Program-made: the position numbers and the translations under genes
The notes under the pieces: generated by a model
What the model was told of the DNA's origin: nothing
Seen by the model: the letters and a program-made list of their open reading frames with translations, nothing else
Database searches by the model: none
Shown: piece after piece, positions 10,151-21,947 of the stretch
How positions within the stretch are numbered: the stretch's first letter is position 1
Layout of the letters: every line of letters begins with the position of its first letter
Assembly: GCA_016201695.1 (NCBI GenBank)
Contig: JACQCK010000044.1
Location: 27-64,026, forward strand
Source of the DNA: Candidatus Roizmanbacteria bacterium
GTDB lineage: Bacteria > Patescibacteriota > Microgenomatia > UBA1406 > GWC2-37-13
DNA length: 64,000 nt
Direction of reading: 5' to 3'

Positions 10151-11589
10151 AAAGAGTTGATTTCTTTTTTTTAGCCGTAATTATTGTTGCTGCTTTTATT
10201 TTCAGGCTGTATAAAATTAATGCGCCACTCGCCGACTTTCATTCCTGGCGACAAGCCGATACCGCCGCCGTTGCCCGTAATTACGTAAGAAGCGGCATTG
10301 ACCTCTTGCACCCAACCTACGACGATCTTTCGAGTATCGAGACCGGCCGTGAAAATCCAAAGGGCTACCGCTTTGTTGAGTTTCCGCTTTATAACGCCAT
10401 TGTGGCGGTCTTTGAGAAATCATTACCTGTTTTCCCTGTCGAAGTGTGGGGACGGATCGTGACTGCGGTTTTTTCCCTCTTTATCATCGCCGTAATATAT
10501 TATCTGGCGTTAAAAGAGATCGGGCGCATCGCCGCCATATTTTCAGCCCTGACTTACGCGATCTTTCCTTTTTTCGTGTTTTTCTCAAGAGTCGTCCTGC
10601 CGGAGACAACCGCGCTGGCCTTTGCCTTTATCAGCCTTTTTTTTCTCTACCTGTCTCTCGAAACTGACAAAAAACGAGTCCGGCCGATAACTTATTTTTT
10701 AAGCATTCTTACCTTTGCCGCGGCTCTTTTGGTCAAACCAACGGTCATATTTTACGCTCTTGCCCTCTTTTATTTGTTTATCCGCCTCTACCGGCTGTCG
10801 GCCGTCAAAAAAACCGAGATGTATTGGCTCTTTTTTCTAAGCGCCTTACCTCTTCTTTGCTGGAGACTATATATCCGCAGTTACCCCGAAGGCATTCCGG
10901 CCAGCGACTGGCTAATTACAAGTGTTAATACATATGAAGGATTAAAAAATGTTTTTCTTAAGCCGGCTTTTTTTCGCTGGGTTTTTTTTGAACGGTTAAG
11001 CAAAGACATCTTGGGCGGATTTTTGGCATTCTTCCTTTTTCTTGGCGTTACGGCCAGGCGGAAAAAACAGCTGCTTCCGGCGATTCTTTTTTCGGCGCTG
11101 GCCTTTCTTTTTGTTTTTGAAGGCGGCAACGTGCAGCATGAATATTATCAAACACTAATCCTGCCGGCGGTTGCGCTTATGGTTGGCGCGGGCACGGCCT
11201 TCGTGATTGAAAACTCATCCTTGTTTATTCATCCTCTGGCGCTTTATCCCATCATTACGGTTATTTATGCTTCGTCGTTCTTTTTTTCTTTCTATCAGGT
11301 TAAGGATTTTTATAGTTACCCCAAAGAGCTCCCGCAGATCGGCCGACTTATTAATACACTCACCGTCCCCACCGATAGAATTGTCACCGATCGACTGGGC
11401 GATACCACCCTTCTCTATTTAGCCGATCGAAAAGGCGCGCCTGGCTTTTATAAAAACGTTCCCGAACTCCGGCAACTCGGCTATACTCATCTTGTCACCC
11501 TCCATCCGGAAACGGCCGACAGTCTGATAAAGCAGTACAAACTGCCGGTAGTATTTCAAAATAATGAGCTTAGTTTACTTCGCCTATGA
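10147..11589 (+). CDS. ArnT/PMT-like GT-C glycosyltransferase
   Basis: HSWRQADTAAVARNY, EFPLYN, FFSRVVLPE, HEYYQ; polytopic membrane protein. Confidence 0.75.
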   Translation: MKRVDFFFLAVIIVAAFIFRLYKINAPLADFHSWRQADTAAVARNYVRSGIDLLHPTYDDLSSIETGRENPKGYRFVEFPLYNAIVAVFEKSLPVFPVEVWGRIVTAVFSLFIIAVIYYLALKEIGRIAAIFSALTYAIFPFFVFFSRVVLPETTALAFAFISLFFLYLSLETDKKRVRPITYFLSILTFAAALLVKPTVIFYALALFYLFIRLYRLSAVKKTEMYWLFFLSALPLLCWRLYIRSYPEGIPASDWLITSVNTYEGLKNVFLKPAFFRWVFFERLSKDILGGFLAFFLFLGVTARRKKQLLPAILFSALAFLFVFEGGNVQHEYYQTLILPAVALMVGAGTAFVIENSSLFIHPLALYPIITVIYASSFFFSFYQVKDFYSYPKELPQIGRLINTLTVPTDRIVTDRLGDTTLLYLADRKGAPGFYKNVPELRQLGYTHLVTLHPETADSLIKQYKLPVVFQNNELSLLRL

Positions 11590-12788
11590 AGATTTTGATG
11601 CTTACTCCTTATTTGCCCTATCCTCCTGCGTCCGGCGGGCAAATACGGACCCTCAACCTTCTTAAATATTTGAGTAAAAATAACGAAATTGTCCTTATTT
11701 GCCTGTACAAAAACGAAAAAGAAAAAAAATACGCTTCATATCTTGAGACCTTCTGCAAAAAAATTTACCTCTGTAAACGGCCGGAAAAACCCTGGCAACC
11801 GACGATTATCCTCCGGGCAATTTTTTCTCCCCTGCCGTTTCTTATTGTCAGAAACTACTCCGACGACGCCAGGAAAACCGTCGAAAAACTTTTGAAAAAC
11901 GAACGCTTTGACGTCATCCATGCGGAAACGTTTTACATTATGCCTCATATCCACGCGACCGCTGTCCCCATCCTCCTTGTCGAGCAGACAATTGAATACA
12001 AGGTCTATCAGCACTTCACCAACAGCTTTCCTTTTTTTATCCGTCCTTTCTTTTACCTTGACATTCTTAAACTTCGCTCTTGGGAACGGCACTACTGGAA
12101 AAAGGCAAGCCTGGTGGCTACGGTTTCCGAAGCCGATACGCGTATTATCAGCGCCATCGAACCAAGTATCCGTTCCGTCGTCATTCCCAACGGTGCCGGC
12201 GACGAAATGTTCATTAAAAAAATCAATAATAAAAAAATCAGCACCCCGAAAATTTTATTTATGGGTAATTTTTTCTGGTTGCAAAATATCGAGGCGGCCA
12301 AATACCTGATCCATCACATTTTTCCCCACCTTCTCCGGCTAATCCCGGATATTCAGGTCGTTATCGCCGGTCAGGAAGCCCGCAGAAAATTGGCCCTCCC
12401 TCTTGATCCGCATATCGAAATAATCGATATTGATCCTGACGATACGCCGATGGTCAAAAAAATTTACCACGATTCAACTCTGTTCATCGCCCCAATTTTT
12501 GGCCCGGGCGGCACACGCTTAAAAATTCTGGCGGCGATGGCCGCCGGCATTCCGGTCGTTGCCACTAAGGTCGGGATCGAGGGTTTGGGTGTAATTAACG
12601 GAGAGCACGTTGTTATTGCCAATTCACCCGCGGAGTTTGCCAACGCCGTCAAAACGATTCTCTCGGATCACTCCTTCTACAATACACTGCGAAGAAAAGC
12701 GCATGCACTCGTCAGGCAAAAATTCAGCTGGATGGCCATCGCCAGACAGCTTGAAGTCGTTTATAAAAACATTACCAAAAAGAGGTGA
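11586..12788 (+). CDS. GT4 family glycosyltransferase
   Basis: PYPPASGGQIR, GGTRLKILAAMAAGIPVVAT. Confidence 0.88.
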   Translation: MKILMLTPYLPYPPASGGQIRTLNLLKYLSKNNEIVLICLYKNEKEKKYASYLETFCKKIYLCKRPEKPWQPTIILRAIFSPLPFLIVRNYSDDARKTVEKLLKNERFDVIHAETFYIMPHIHATAVPILLVEQTIEYKVYQHFTNSFPFFIRPFFYLDILKLRSWERHYWKKASLVATVSEADTRIISAIEPSIRSVVIPNGAGDEMFIKKINNKKISTPKILFMGNFFWLQNIEAAKYLIHHIFPHLLRLIPDIQVVIAGQEARRKLALPLDPHIEIIDIDPDDTPMVKKIYHDSTLFIAPIFGPGGTRLKILAAMAAGIPVVATKVGIEGLGVINGEHVVIANSPAEFANAVKTILSDHSFYNTLRRKAHALVRQKFSWMAIARQLEVVYKNITKKR

Positions 12789-13885
12789 AAATCGGACTCG
12801 ACATTTCCCAAATTGTCTACGCCGGAACCGGTGTCAGCCGTTTTACCGCCGGACTGACCAACGAGATTCTTAAGAGACAAACTTCTCCCCAGCAGTGGGT
12901 GTTCTTTTTTTCCGGTTTCAGAAAAAAATTAGATCCGGCTATAAAAACGGCGATTAATAATGCCGGACAAACGCTTAAGGAGTTTGCCTTTCCGCCGCAG
13001 TTTCTTAACCTGGCCTGGAATAAAGCACGCTTCGGTTATATTGATGACCTTATCGGCCAACTCGACTGGTTTATTTCATCAGACTGGTCTGAACCGCGTT
13101 CGCGCGCCAGGAAAGCAACCGTTGTTCACGACCTGGCCTTCAGACGTTTTCCGCAAACGGTGACCGATCAGGTCCGAACGGTGCAGGAGGCCCGTTTGGC
13201 CATTGCCACGCGCGAATGCCGGGTTATTTTTGCCGATTCGGAAACGACTAGAAATGACCTGCTTTCTTTTTTTCCGGGCATAACTTCAACGGTCGTTGTC
13301 AACTATCCGGGCGTTACCACTCAACCGCCGTCAAAGAAAATGATCGCCTTGATAAAACAAAAGTATCAACTAAACAAACCGTTTATTTTGACGGTCGGTA
13401 AAATTGAACCCCGAAAAAATCTTAACCGACTTATGACGGCCTTTCTCGCCACCAAACTTCCGACCGAGACTGATTTGGCGGTCGTTGGCCCGCCCGGCTG
13501 GGGAAAATTAGCGTTCCCCCCAAATCAGCGCATCCGTCTCTTAGGCTATATTCCTGATGAAGAACTGTATGCTCTGTATGCCGCGTGCGAGTACTTTATC
13601 TTTCCCTCATTGTGGGAAGGTTTTGGCTATCCGCTCGTTGAAGCCATGCAGTGCGGGGCCGCCGCCGCCGCCGCCAACACTTCCTCTCTTAGGGAAATCG
13701 GCCGGGAAGCGACCCTTTTTTTTGACCCGCAGGAGACCGACAGTATCGCCAAAGCAATTCTTCGTCTGTCAACCGACAGAAAACTGCGAAGCACCCTGAT
13801 TGACAGAGGCAGAACGGTTTTACACCGCTTTCAATGGAAAAACTACTATGATCTATTAATTAGTACTTTGGAGAAAAATACTTAA
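12785..13885 (+). CDS. GT4 family glycosyltransferase
   Basis: VGKIEPRKNL, FPSLWEGFGYPLVEAM. Confidence 0.88.
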   Translation: MKIGLDISQIVYAGTGVSRFTAGLTNEILKRQTSPQQWVFFFSGFRKKLDPAIKTAINNAGQTLKEFAFPPQFLNLAWNKARFGYIDDLIGQLDWFISSDWSEPRSRARKATVVHDLAFRRFPQTVTDQVRTVQEARLAIATRECRVIFADSETTRNDLLSFFPGITSTVVVNYPGVTTQPPSKKMIALIKQKYQLNKPFILTVGKIEPRKNLNRLMTAFLATKLPTETDLAVVGPPGWGKLAFPPNQRIRLLGYIPDEELYALYAACEYFIFPSLWEGFGYPLVEAMQCGAAAAAANTSSLREIGREATLFFDPQETDSIAKAILRLSTDRKLRSTLIDRGRTVLHRFQWKNYYDLLISTLEKNT

Positions 13886-13889
13886 GCCT

Positions 13890-14990
13890 ATGCATATCGC
13901 CGTCGACGGAAACGAAGCCAATGTTGCCGAGCAAGTCGGCGTCTCCGTCTATGCCTACAATCTCCTTCGTTACTTTCAAAAACAGGCCACCGCCGAAATT
14001 CAATTTACTGTTTTTTTGCGAAAACCGCCGCTTGACTTTTTACCGGCGCCGATCCGGTATTTTCAGTACCGCGTTGTTTCCGGGCCGTTTTTGTGGTCGG
14101 CGGTTTTTCTGCCTCTGGAACTTTACCGTTTACGCCGCTTTGACTGTTTTTTTTCTCCGGCCCACTACTCGCCCAAATTTTGCCCGGCGCCTCTTATTGT
14201 TACGATCCATGATCTGTCTTATTTTTATTTCCCGGACGAATTCTTAAAAAAAGACCTCTATAAACTAAAAAACTGGACCGCCGCTTCCGTAAAAAAAGCC
14301 GCCAAAATTATCGCCGTCTCCAAAAATACGAAAAAGGACATCGTTAAGTTTTATGCGGTTCCCGATGAGACAATCGAAGTCGTTTATAACGGCTATGAAA
14401 AAACAGCGGTTACAACTGCAGCCGTGAAGATACAAACGACGCTTTTGCCAAGCCGAAAGTATATTTTGTATGTCGGCACGCTCCAACCGCGGAAGAATTT
14501 GGCGATTCTGCTCACGACATTTGCAAAATTTCAGCGATTACATTCTGACTACCAACTGGTCATCGCCGGAAAAAAAGGCTGGTTATACGATCAAATATTT
14601 CAGAAAGTGAACGATCTTGGTATTGCCAATTCCGTCGTTTTCCCCGGCTATGTCAGCGATGAGGAGCTCATTTATTTATACCGTCGGGCTTTTTGTTCGG
14701 TCATGCCGTCTCTTTACGAAGGCTTTGGCATCCCGATACTTGAGGCGATGAGCTACGGATGCCCGGTCATAAGTTCGTTTTCTTCCAGTCTGTCGGAAAT
14801 CGGCGGCGAGGCAAGCCTGTATTTTGATCCCCAAGACGAAGAGGATCTTCTTGAAAAACTCGCGGAACTAAAAAGCAACCCTGCCTTAGCCAAAGACCTC
14901 GTGACAAAAGGCAAAGCCCGGGTAAAATTATTTTCCTGGGAAAAATGCGCCCGCGAAACGCTGGAGATCATTAAAAGTATCGGAAAATAA
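13890..14990 (+). CDS. GT4 family glycosyltransferase
   Basis: VGTLQPRKNL, PSLYEGFGIPILEAM. Confidence 0.88.
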   Translation: MHIAVDGNEANVAEQVGVSVYAYNLLRYFQKQATAEIQFTVFLRKPPLDFLPAPIRYFQYRVVSGPFLWSAVFLPLELYRLRRFDCFFSPAHYSPKFCPAPLIVTIHDLSYFYFPDEFLKKDLYKLKNWTAASVKKAAKIIAVSKNTKKDIVKFYAVPDETIEVVYNGYEKTAVTTAAVKIQTTLLPSRKYILYVGTLQPRKNLAILLTTFAKFQRLHSDYQLVIAGKKGWLYDQIFQKVNDLGIANSVVFPGYVSDEELIYLYRRAFCSVMPSLYEGFGIPILEAMSYGCPVISSFSSSLSEIGGEASLYFDPQDEEDLLEKLAELKSNPALAKDLVTKGKARVKLFSWEKCARETLEIIKSIGK

Positions 14991-14991
14991 T

Positions 14992-15528
14992 ATGAACAGC
15001 CAAAAACCTACCAATCCGGAGGGAAAAAGATTTCTTAGCGTGTTTCTTGCTGATAGAAAAATAAATGAGGAAATTTATAAACTTATCCCCGAGCATAAAT
15101 TTGATTACCGGATGGTAAATACTGCCTCCAAACAATCTGATTCTCCTCGGGAAAGCCTGACTCACCAAATCTACGTCACCCGGAATTATGTTCGCGCTTT
15201 AAAAACCGGAACACTGCACTGGGGTGATGCGGTCTACCATAAACTTATGCAACCCGGAGACAAGAAACGATCAAAAGAAGAGCTGCTTAAAGCTTTCGAT
15301 AAAGGAACGGAAGAATTATGCCAAGCGCTTAGCGACCCAACGATTGGCGAAAAACAAGTCTACGTTACCTGGAGTAAACAACCGGTTTCGGCGCTACTCT
15401 CAATCTGGAGTCTTGACCGGCATGAAATTCTCCACCAGGGATGGAATTTAGCTTTGATGGACCATTTGCATATTCCCCGTTTTCGAAAGCTTAAAGAGAT
15501 GTGGGGCTCTGAAAACTTGGGAAATTAA
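14992..15528 (+). CDS. DinB/YfiT-like protein
   Basis: ESLTHQ and C-terminal RHEILHQG His pattern. Confidence 0.55.
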   Translation: MNSQKPTNPEGKRFLSVFLADRKINEEIYKLIPEHKFDYRMVNTASKQSDSPRESLTHQIYVTRNYVRALKTGTLHWGDAVYHKLMQPGDKKRSKEELLKAFDKGTEELCQALSDPTIGEKQVYVTWSKQPVSALLSIWSLDRHEILHQGWNLALMDHLHIPRFRKLKEMWGSENLGN

Positions 15529-15563
15529 GGAAGGTCTTAGACAAAATAGTATAATTACGCTCT

Positions 15564-16568
15564 ATGGAAATTAGACAAGTTGACAATAACTTCCCCAAAC
15601 AGGTATGGAACGGCAAAGCGACTCATCCTCTCCAAGCGTGGGAGTGGGGCGAAGCACGGCAAAAGATGGGCTCCGAAGTCGTCCGAATCGGCGAGTTTAA
15701 CGGACAGATCCTCCTTTCAACCTATCAAATGACACTCCACCCTCTTCCTTTTCTGCCGTTTAAAATTGGCTATTTGCCCCGCTCGGCCTTCCCAGACAAG
15801 GCAGTCGTTCATTTTCTCACCGAATTCGGAAAAAAACACTCAATTATTTTCATTCAATTAGAACCTTACCTTAAAAAAACCGGCGGCGGGCGACCGGCGG
15901 CGGGCGATGGACTAACTGCCTCACCCCATCCGCTCTTTCCCGCCTGGACCCAAACCCTTGACCTTAGCAAAAGCGAACCGGAACTCCTGGCTAACCTGAA
16001 ATCAAAAACGCGCTATAACATCAACTTAGCGCAAAAAAAAGGCGTTAAGGTAAATGAGGCGTCTGACGACAAGGGCTTCCGGGCTTTTTCCCGTCTCTAC
16101 TTCGCCACCTGCCGCCGTCAACGTTATTTCGGGCACGATGAAAACTACCACCACACTATTTGGCATGCCTTAAAGCCCTCGATCGCCCATATCCTCGTCG
16201 CCGACTACCGGAATATCCCGTTGGCCGCTTACGAGTTATTTTTTTTCCGAGATACGTTGTACTACCCTTACGGCGGCACCTCAAGCGAACACCGCAATCT
16301 GATGGCTTCTAATCTTTTGCTGTGGGAAAGCATCCGCTTAGGCAAACGATTGGGCGCGACTAAATTTGATCTGTGGGGATCGCTCCCGCCGAGCTACGAC
16401 TATCGTCATCCTTGGGCGGGTTTTACCCGGTTTAAGGAAGGATACGGAACCGAGTTTGTTGAAATGATCGGCAGCTTTGATCTGGTCATCAATCCGGTTT
16501 TTCATCAGATTTATCAGCCGATTTATACGCTTAGGGAGTGGTTTCTCCGTCTCAAAAGTCTAGTTTAA
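15564..16568 (+). CDS. FemABX family peptidoglycan bridge aminoacyltransferase
   Basis: [40 protein letters not shown]. Confidence 0.85.
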   Translation: MEIRQVDNNFPKQVWNGKATHPLQAWEWGEARQKMGSEVVRIGEFNGQILLSTYQMTLHPLPFLPFKIGYLPRSAFPDKAVVHFLTEFGKKHSIIFIQLEPYLKKTGGGRPAAGDGLTASPHPLFPAWTQTLDLSKSEPELLANLKSKTRYNINLAQKKGVKVNEASDDKGFRAFSRLYFATCRRQRYFGHDENYHHTIWHALKPSIAHILVADYRNIPLAAYELFFFRDTLYYPYGGTSSEHRNLMASNLLLWESIRLGKRLGATKFDLWGSLPPSYDYRHPWAGFTRFKEGYGTEFVEMIGSFDLVINPVFHQIYQPIYTLREWFLRLKSLV

Positions 16569-18980
16569 TTTTTCCTCTTTAAGGGTGGCAAATTTTTCCA
16601 GCGATACCGTCGGAAAGGTGGGTTTGTTATGAGGGAATACCAACGCTTCCCGCAACACCTCGTCCATGTGCTCAACGTAGACAAACCGCAGGTCTTTCAA
16701 AACGTACGACGGAATATCTTCCAGGTCTTTTTTATTTTCTTTTGGCAGAATTACCGTTTTGATGTGGGCACGGTGGGCGGCGATTACTTTTTCTTTAATG
16801 CCGCCGATTTCGAGTACCCGGCCGCGCAGAGTGATTTCGCCGGTCATGCCAACGTATCGCTTGACCGGAATTTTAGTGAGAGCCGAAATTATCGCCGAGG
16901 TAATCGCTATCCCGGCTGACGGACCGTCCTTAGGCACGGCGCCTTCCGGCACATGAACGTGAACATCAATTACCGTGAAGAAATCCTTTGACAGGCCGAA
17001 AAGATCCCAGCGCGAACGGATGTAGGAGAGAGCAGCCTGACAAGATTCTTTCATTACCTCACCCAAATGACCGGTAAGCGTCAGTCCGCCTTTACCCGGC
17101 ATAATCGCCACTTCGATAAACAAAATGTCGCCGCCGGCGTGCGTCCAGGCCAGCCCGGTTGAAATACCAACCGTGTCTTTTTCCTCGATCATTTGCGCTG
17201 AATATTTGTACGGTCCTAAATATTTGGCGATATCGGATAAACCAACCATCCTCGTCTTGTATTTTTTTTCAACCAACTCCCGAGCAACCTTACGGTAAAT
17301 AGCCGCGATCTGCCGTTCCAATTCACGGACGCCGGCTTCACGGGTATAACGCCTTATGAGCTCTTTGAGCGCGGCGTCAGTTATTCTGAGTTCGTTGTGA
17401 CTCAAACCGTGGGCGGCCAACTGTTTACTGATCAGATGCTCCTTAAGAATGTTGAATTTTTCGTCCTCGGTGTAACCGGGAAAATGAATCACCTCCAGGC
17501 GATCAAGAAGCGCATCCGGGATAGTATCGATGATGTTGGCCGTTGTCAGGAAAAACACTTCAGACAAATCATACGACACCTCGAGGTAATGATCGGAGAA
17601 AGCGTGGTTCTGTTCGGGATCAAGCGCCTCAAGAAGGGCGGCCGACGGATCTCCCCGATAATCTCTGCCGATCTTATCAATTTCGTCAAGCATAAAGACC
17701 GGGTCTTTGGCGTTGGCTTGTTTAATGCCTTGAATTATCCGCCCCGGTAACGCGCCGACATATGTCCGGCGGTGTCCCCGGATCTCGGCCTCGTCGCGGA
17801 TACCGCCAAGCGACACTTTGACAAACTTTCTCCCCAAAGATCTGGCGATCGATTTTCCCAGTGAAGTTTTGCCGACGCCGGGTGGGCCAACGAAACAGAG
17901 AATAGTCGGCTGTTTTTCTTTGCCGGCAGTCGCGGCTTTCTGTTTTTTCAACTCCATTACCGCCAAATACTCGAGAATCCGTTCTTTAATCTTTTTTAGG
18001 CCGTAATGGTCTTCGTTGAGGATTTTTTCCGCTTTTTTGATATCAACGTCCGGTTTGGCGGCAACGTTCCAGGGAATGTCAACGATCCAGTCAAGATAAG
18101 TGCGTATATATGACGCCTCCGGGTTAAACTGAGACATTTGCGAAAGCCGTTTAAGTTCTTTCATCGCCTTCTCCTCGACTTCTTTGGGCGTCTTGGCTCT
18201 TTTAATCTTAAGACGGTATTCGTCGATTTCTTTATCTTCGTTTTTCCCGCCAAGCTCTTCTTCGATCGTCTTCATCTTTTCGCGTAAAAATGCGTCTTTC
18301 ATCCCCTGTTCAAATTTCTTCTGTGTCTTTGAAGAGATGTTAAATTCTATCTCCAAAATACGGATCTCCCGATTGACATAATCAATTTCTTTTTTCAGTC
18401 TGATCTTAAGATCCGGCTCCTCAAGAAGCTCCTGGCGCTCACCGGTTTTTAAGTCCAGGACGGCGGCAATCTGATATGAAAAGTCTTGGGCGTTGGCGAT
18501 ATTGAGAATATTCATGAGAAAACTGAATTCGATGGTTTTTCCAAGATTAATGGCCCGCTTGATATGGGCGGAAATATGGCGTACCATTGCCTGTATTTCT
18601 TCGTCGTCAATCGGCTCTTCTTTGACTCCCTCTACCCTGGCTTCCAAAAACGGAGTTTCGCGGATAATTTCGCTTATTTTTACTTTCATAATTCCCTTGA
18701 CTAAGGCATTGATCTCGCCTTTTTCGCCGATGATTGTTTTTTCGACCGAAGCCACCACGCCGACCTCATACAGGTCCTTAATTGGCGGATCGTCAGAGGC
18801 GGGATTTTTTTGCATAACGAGGACAATTTTCTTATCTTTTTTTAGAGCCTCATTAATGGCCAAAACACTCTTCGGGCGACCGAAGATAAGCGCGTTCTCG
18901 GTATTAGGAAAAACTATCCCTTCACGGATGGCTACCAAGGGGTAAATAGATTGTTCTGACGGCCCAATTAGTATTGGCAT
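16560..18980 (-). CDS. lon: ATP-dependent protease La
   Basis: [22 protein letters not shown]; start placed at ATG 18980, behind TTGACA-17-TATACT (18991-19019). Confidence 0.95.
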   Translation of the reverse strand: MPILIGPSEQSIYPLVAIREGIVFPNTENALIFGRPKSVLAINEALKKDKKIVLVMQKNPASDDPPIKDLYEVGVVASVEKTIIGEKGEINALVKGIMKVKISEIIRETPFLEARVEGVKEEPIDDEEIQAMVRHISAHIKRAINLGKTIEFSFLMNILNIANAQDFSYQIAAVLDLKTGERQELLEEPDLKIRLKKEIDYVNREIRILEIEFNISSKTQKKFEQGMKDAFLREKMKTIEEELGGKNEDKEIDEYRLKIKRAKTPKEVEEKAMKELKRLSQMSQFNPEASYIRTYLDWIVDIPWNVAAKPDVDIKKAEKILNEDHYGLKKIKERILEYLAVMELKKQKAATAGKEKQPTILCFVGPPGVGKTSLGKSIARSLGRKFVKVSLGGIRDEAEIRGHRRTYVGALPGRIIQGIKQANAKDPVFMLDEIDKIGRDYRGDPSAALLEALDPEQNHAFSDHYLEVSYDLSEVFFLTTANIIDTIPDALLDRLEVIHFPGYTEDEKFNILKEHLISKQLAAHGLSHNELRITDAALKELIRRYTREAGVRELERQIAAIYRKVARELVEKKYKTRMVGLSDIAKYLGPYKYSAQMIEEKDTVGISTGLAWTHAGGDILFIEVAIMPGKGGLTLTGHLGEVMKESCQAALSYIRSRWDLFGLSKDFFTVIDVHVHVPEGAVPKDGPSAGIAITSAIISALTKIPVKRYVGMTGEITLRGRVLEIGGIKEKVIAAHRAHIKTVILPKENKKDLEDIPSYVLKDLRFVYVEHMDEVLREALVFPHNKPTFPTVSLEKFATLKEEKLN

Positions 18981-19076
18981 GTCTATTAGCAGTATAACAT
19001 AATGGGTGCTAAGTGTCAAGTGAAATTAACATTTTGTTGTTGTAATGTTCTAATTATTACTTATAGATCAAATAAA

Positions 19077-19928
19077 TTATATAAATTCAGCCGAAATGGC
19101 GGCGAGATCCTCAAATCTTTTTTTATTTAGCAGTGTCGTTCCTTTAAGTTGCGCGACTTGATCGACGTAGGTCGGGCGCTGTACCTGATAAATAACGCCG
19201 AGGGGGAATTTTTCTTCGTTCATCTGCAAGGCGGCCGGCATGGCGACATGAAGGCTATCGGCACGATAATCACCGTTCAGTTTATAGACCCGTTGGAGAT
19301 AGTACTGGTAAGTATTCACGTGGTTAAAAGTGACACACGGCTGAAGAATATTGACGAGCGAAAATCCCCGGTGCTCGATCGCCTTCTTGATGAGGGGAAT
19401 GGTGAAGTTTATGTCGCCGGCAAATCCCTGGGCAACAAAGGTGGCGCCCGAAGCCAGCGCCAAAGTCAACGGGTTAATCGGCTTTTCGATAATTCCCGAC
19501 GGCGTCGACTTGGATTTGAAGCCTTTTTGAGCGGTCGGAGAAACCTGTCCGGTCGTCAAACCATAGACGCCGTTGTCATGAACGATGACCGTCAGATCGT
19601 GGTTGCCGCGGCAGGCATGAAGCAAGTGATTACCTCCCTCACCGTAGCAGTCGCCATCACCGACAATGGCGATAACCGGTAGCGCGTGATTGGCCAGTTT
19701 GGCGCCGATGGCATTGGGAAGACCCCGGCCATGAAGCGCGTGAAGACCGTAGGCGTTAAGAAAATCATTCATATTACCGGAACAGCCGATACCAAAAATT
19801 GCCATCACCGATGACGGATCCAGCCCAAGCTGGACTAAGGCGGACTTTATCGCGACCCCGATCCCCCAATCGCCGCAGCCCGGACACCAGGTAGGCGCGT
19901 AGCCGGAGAAATCTTCAATCGTGGCCAT
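19077..19928 (-). CDS. 2-oxoacid:ferredoxin oxidoreductase beta subunit
   Basis: WCPGCG, GIGCS, GDGD, YGLTTGQ, QPCVTFN. Confidence 0.93.
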   Translation of the reverse strand: MATIEDFSGYAPTWCPGCGDWGIGVAIKSALVQLGLDPSSVMAIFGIGCSGNMNDFLNAYGLHALHGRGLPNAIGAKLANHALPVIAIVGDGDCYGEGGNHLLHACRGNHDLTVIVHDNGVYGLTTGQVSPTAQKGFKSKSTPSGIIEKPINPLTLALASGATFVAQGFAGDINFTIPLIKKAIEHRGFSLVNILQPCVTFNHVNTYQYYLQRVYKLNGDYRADSLHVAMPAALQMNEEKFPLGVIYQVQRPTYVDQVAQLKGTTLLNKKRFEDLAAISAEFI

Positions 19929-19931
19929 AGT

Positions 19932-21650
19932 TCATTTTACATAATTTACAATCTCTTCCGGCCAAAACGGCCGGCCGTCGTATTTCAGCAATTTTTCTTT
20001 GATCTCTACCCCCGTTTCCATTAGTAGTAACTTCCCAAACTGTGCTTGGGAGTTGTTTTCAACCAGAACATAGCGCCTATTTTTTTTAAAAAGTACCCGG
20101 ACTTTTTCTTTGTTAAGAGGAAATAAAGACGTAAAGTGAATTAGCGCCGTTTCCCGGGAGTACCCGCTACGAAGAAGCTCTTGGGCGGTAAGAAGTACGC
20201 CCTTGGTGCTTCCCCAAGACACAAAAACTACTTTCGCCGAATTTAAGTCACCATAGATTTTTGGGTTGGCAAAATGATTCTTGAGATAGGTCGTCATTTT
20301 TTTATTTCTTTTATCAACCTGCTGTTTCCGTGCCACCGCGTCCTCGGTAGTGTGTCCGTCCTCGATATGTTCGTAAGAGTTTGCTTGATAATAGACACCT
20401 TTGGCCCCGGGAATGACTCTTTCGGAAATTCCGTCGTCGGTCAGCTTGTATCGTAAATACTGACCACCGTCCCAAGCGGAAATGGTTTTCCCCCGTTCAA
20501 TCTGAAAAGCGCGGAAGAAGTTATCCACCTGTTGTTTAGAGATCGTTTTATGAGATTCTGATAAGAACATGTCCGACATGACGATAACCGGAGTCTGATA
20601 GATATCGGCTAAGTTAAAGGCTTTGGCGGTAAGCCCGATCATTTCGCCAATGTCGCCCGGGGCCAGAACAATTTTGGGAAATTCACCGTGACCGGCGTGG
20701 ACGGCAAAAAGTAAATCGCTCTGCTCGGTCCAAGTCGGCATGCCGGTGGCCGGCCCGGGCCGAGACGAAAGAAAAACAACCACCGGCAGTTCGGCCACTC
20801 CGGCAAATGAAAGTGACTCCACCATAAGGGCAAAGCCTCCGCCTGATGTTGCGCAGGCGGCCCGAACTCCGGCAAAAGAGGCGCCAAGCACGGTATTGAT
20901 TACCGAAATCTCGTCCTCGGCGTGCCTCACTACCATACCCGTCTTTTCCTGCCAGGCGGCGAGCGATGTCAACACTGACGAAGACGGAGTCATCGGATAG
21001 GCGGCGAACAAACGGCAGTCGGCGCCGGCCGCCGCGTATGAAAAAGCGTCATTTCCGGTCATCACCATCTGCACTTCGCCTTTTCGATTGACCAGTTTTT
21101 TTTTAATTTTAGCCTGATAATTAGCCGTCACGTAATGATGACCCATCCGCGCGAACTTTTTGTTGAACTCGACGATTGCTTCTCCTTTTCTCCTGAACTG
21201 CTTCTCAATCAACTCGTTAAGAATGGCTAGATCGCTCCCCAAGAGCGCGAGCGACGCGCCAACGGCTATCGTATTTTTCATGACAAGTTGACCTTGCTGT
21301 TCGTGCAGTATTTTTTTAAAGGGAACAGCGACAGTATTGGCAAAATCAGTTATCTGAAAATCTTCCTGGTCGTAAATAACGATACTGTTTTTGTGAAGAC
21401 GCGAGCAGTGGAAGCGGTAAGTGTCGCTATTTAAACAAACAAGATAATCAACGCTGACCTGAAGAGCCGATACTTCTTCTTCGCCAACGACTACCTCGTA
21501 AGTATTATGGCCGCCACGGATAAGCGAGGGGTACTCGACATAATCGAAGATCTGATACCCGAGCCGGCTGGCGATTTTGGAGAATACCAGGCCGGTGGTC
21601 ATAATGCCGAAACCCGCCTCACCGCCGATTTTCCAGCTAAATTTAGTCAT
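19932..21650 (-). CDS. 2-oxoacid:ferredoxin oxidoreductase alpha subunit (gamma-alpha fusion)
   Basis: GGEAGFGI, YPSLIRGGHN, YPMTP, TSGGGFALM, GPATGMPT. Confidence 0.93.
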   Translation of the reverse strand: MTKFSWKIGGEAGFGIMTTGLVFSKIASRLGYQIFDYVEYPSLIRGGHNTYEVVVGEEEVSALQVSVDYLVCLNSDTYRFHCSRLHKNSIVIYDQEDFQITDFANTVAVPFKKILHEQQGQLVMKNTIAVGASLALLGSDLAILNELIEKQFRRKGEAIVEFNKKFARMGHHYVTANYQAKIKKKLVNRKGEVQMVMTGNDAFSYAAAGADCRLFAAYPMTPSSSVLTSLAAWQEKTGMVVRHAEDEISVINTVLGASFAGVRAACATSGGGFALMVESLSFAGVAELPVVVFLSSRPGPATGMPTWTEQSDLLFAVHAGHGEFPKIVLAPGDIGEMIGLTAKAFNLADIYQTPVIVMSDMFLSESHKTISKQQVDNFFRAFQIERGKTISAWDGGQYLRYKLTDDGISERVIPGAKGVYYQANSYEHIEDGHTTEDAVARKQQVDKRNKKMTTYLKNHFANPKIYGDLNSAKVVFVSWGSTKGVLLTAQELLRSGYSRETALIHFTSLFPLNKEKVRVLFKKNRRYVLVENNSQAQFGKLLLMETGVEIKEKLLKYDGRPFWPEEIVNYVK

Positions 21651-21671
21651 AGATTTTTCAGACTCGTTTTT

Positions 21672-21947
21672 TTAGATCGGGAATACCCGTTCGCCCTTTT
21701 CATCTTCTATAATAATAGCAGCTACCGGACAGGCACGGGCGGCATCGATGATTACTGAATCAGAATCGGTTTCGGCGCTCTTAAGAATAATTGCTTTAGC
21801 TTCCGAATCAATGAGAAAAGTGTGCGAGGCGATAGCGACACAAGTGGCCGCGCCAATACAAAGATCGCGGTCGACTACCACTTTTAGTTTTCTGATCTTA
21901 GCCGGGCCCGACGGATGCGCGCTGTCTTTGGGTTTAGTATTTTCCAT
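21672..21947 (-). CDS. Single-cluster ferredoxin
   Basis: CIGAATC...ACPVAAI; second Cys replaced by Ala, a 3Fe-4S-type pattern. Confidence 0.85.
   Translation of the reverse strand: MENTKPKDSAHPSGPAKIRKLKVVVDRDLCIGAATCVAIASHTFLIDSEAKAIILKSAETDSDSVIIDAARACPVAAIIIEDEKGERVFPI

Noticed and set aside
13658..13675. GCC trinucleotide run
   Set aside because: In-frame Ala codons in a GT4 gene; too short to suggest phase variation
4108..14990. Glycosyltransferase cluster as a novel system
   Set aside because: GT2/GT4/GT-C/ligase clusters are ordinary surface-glycan loci
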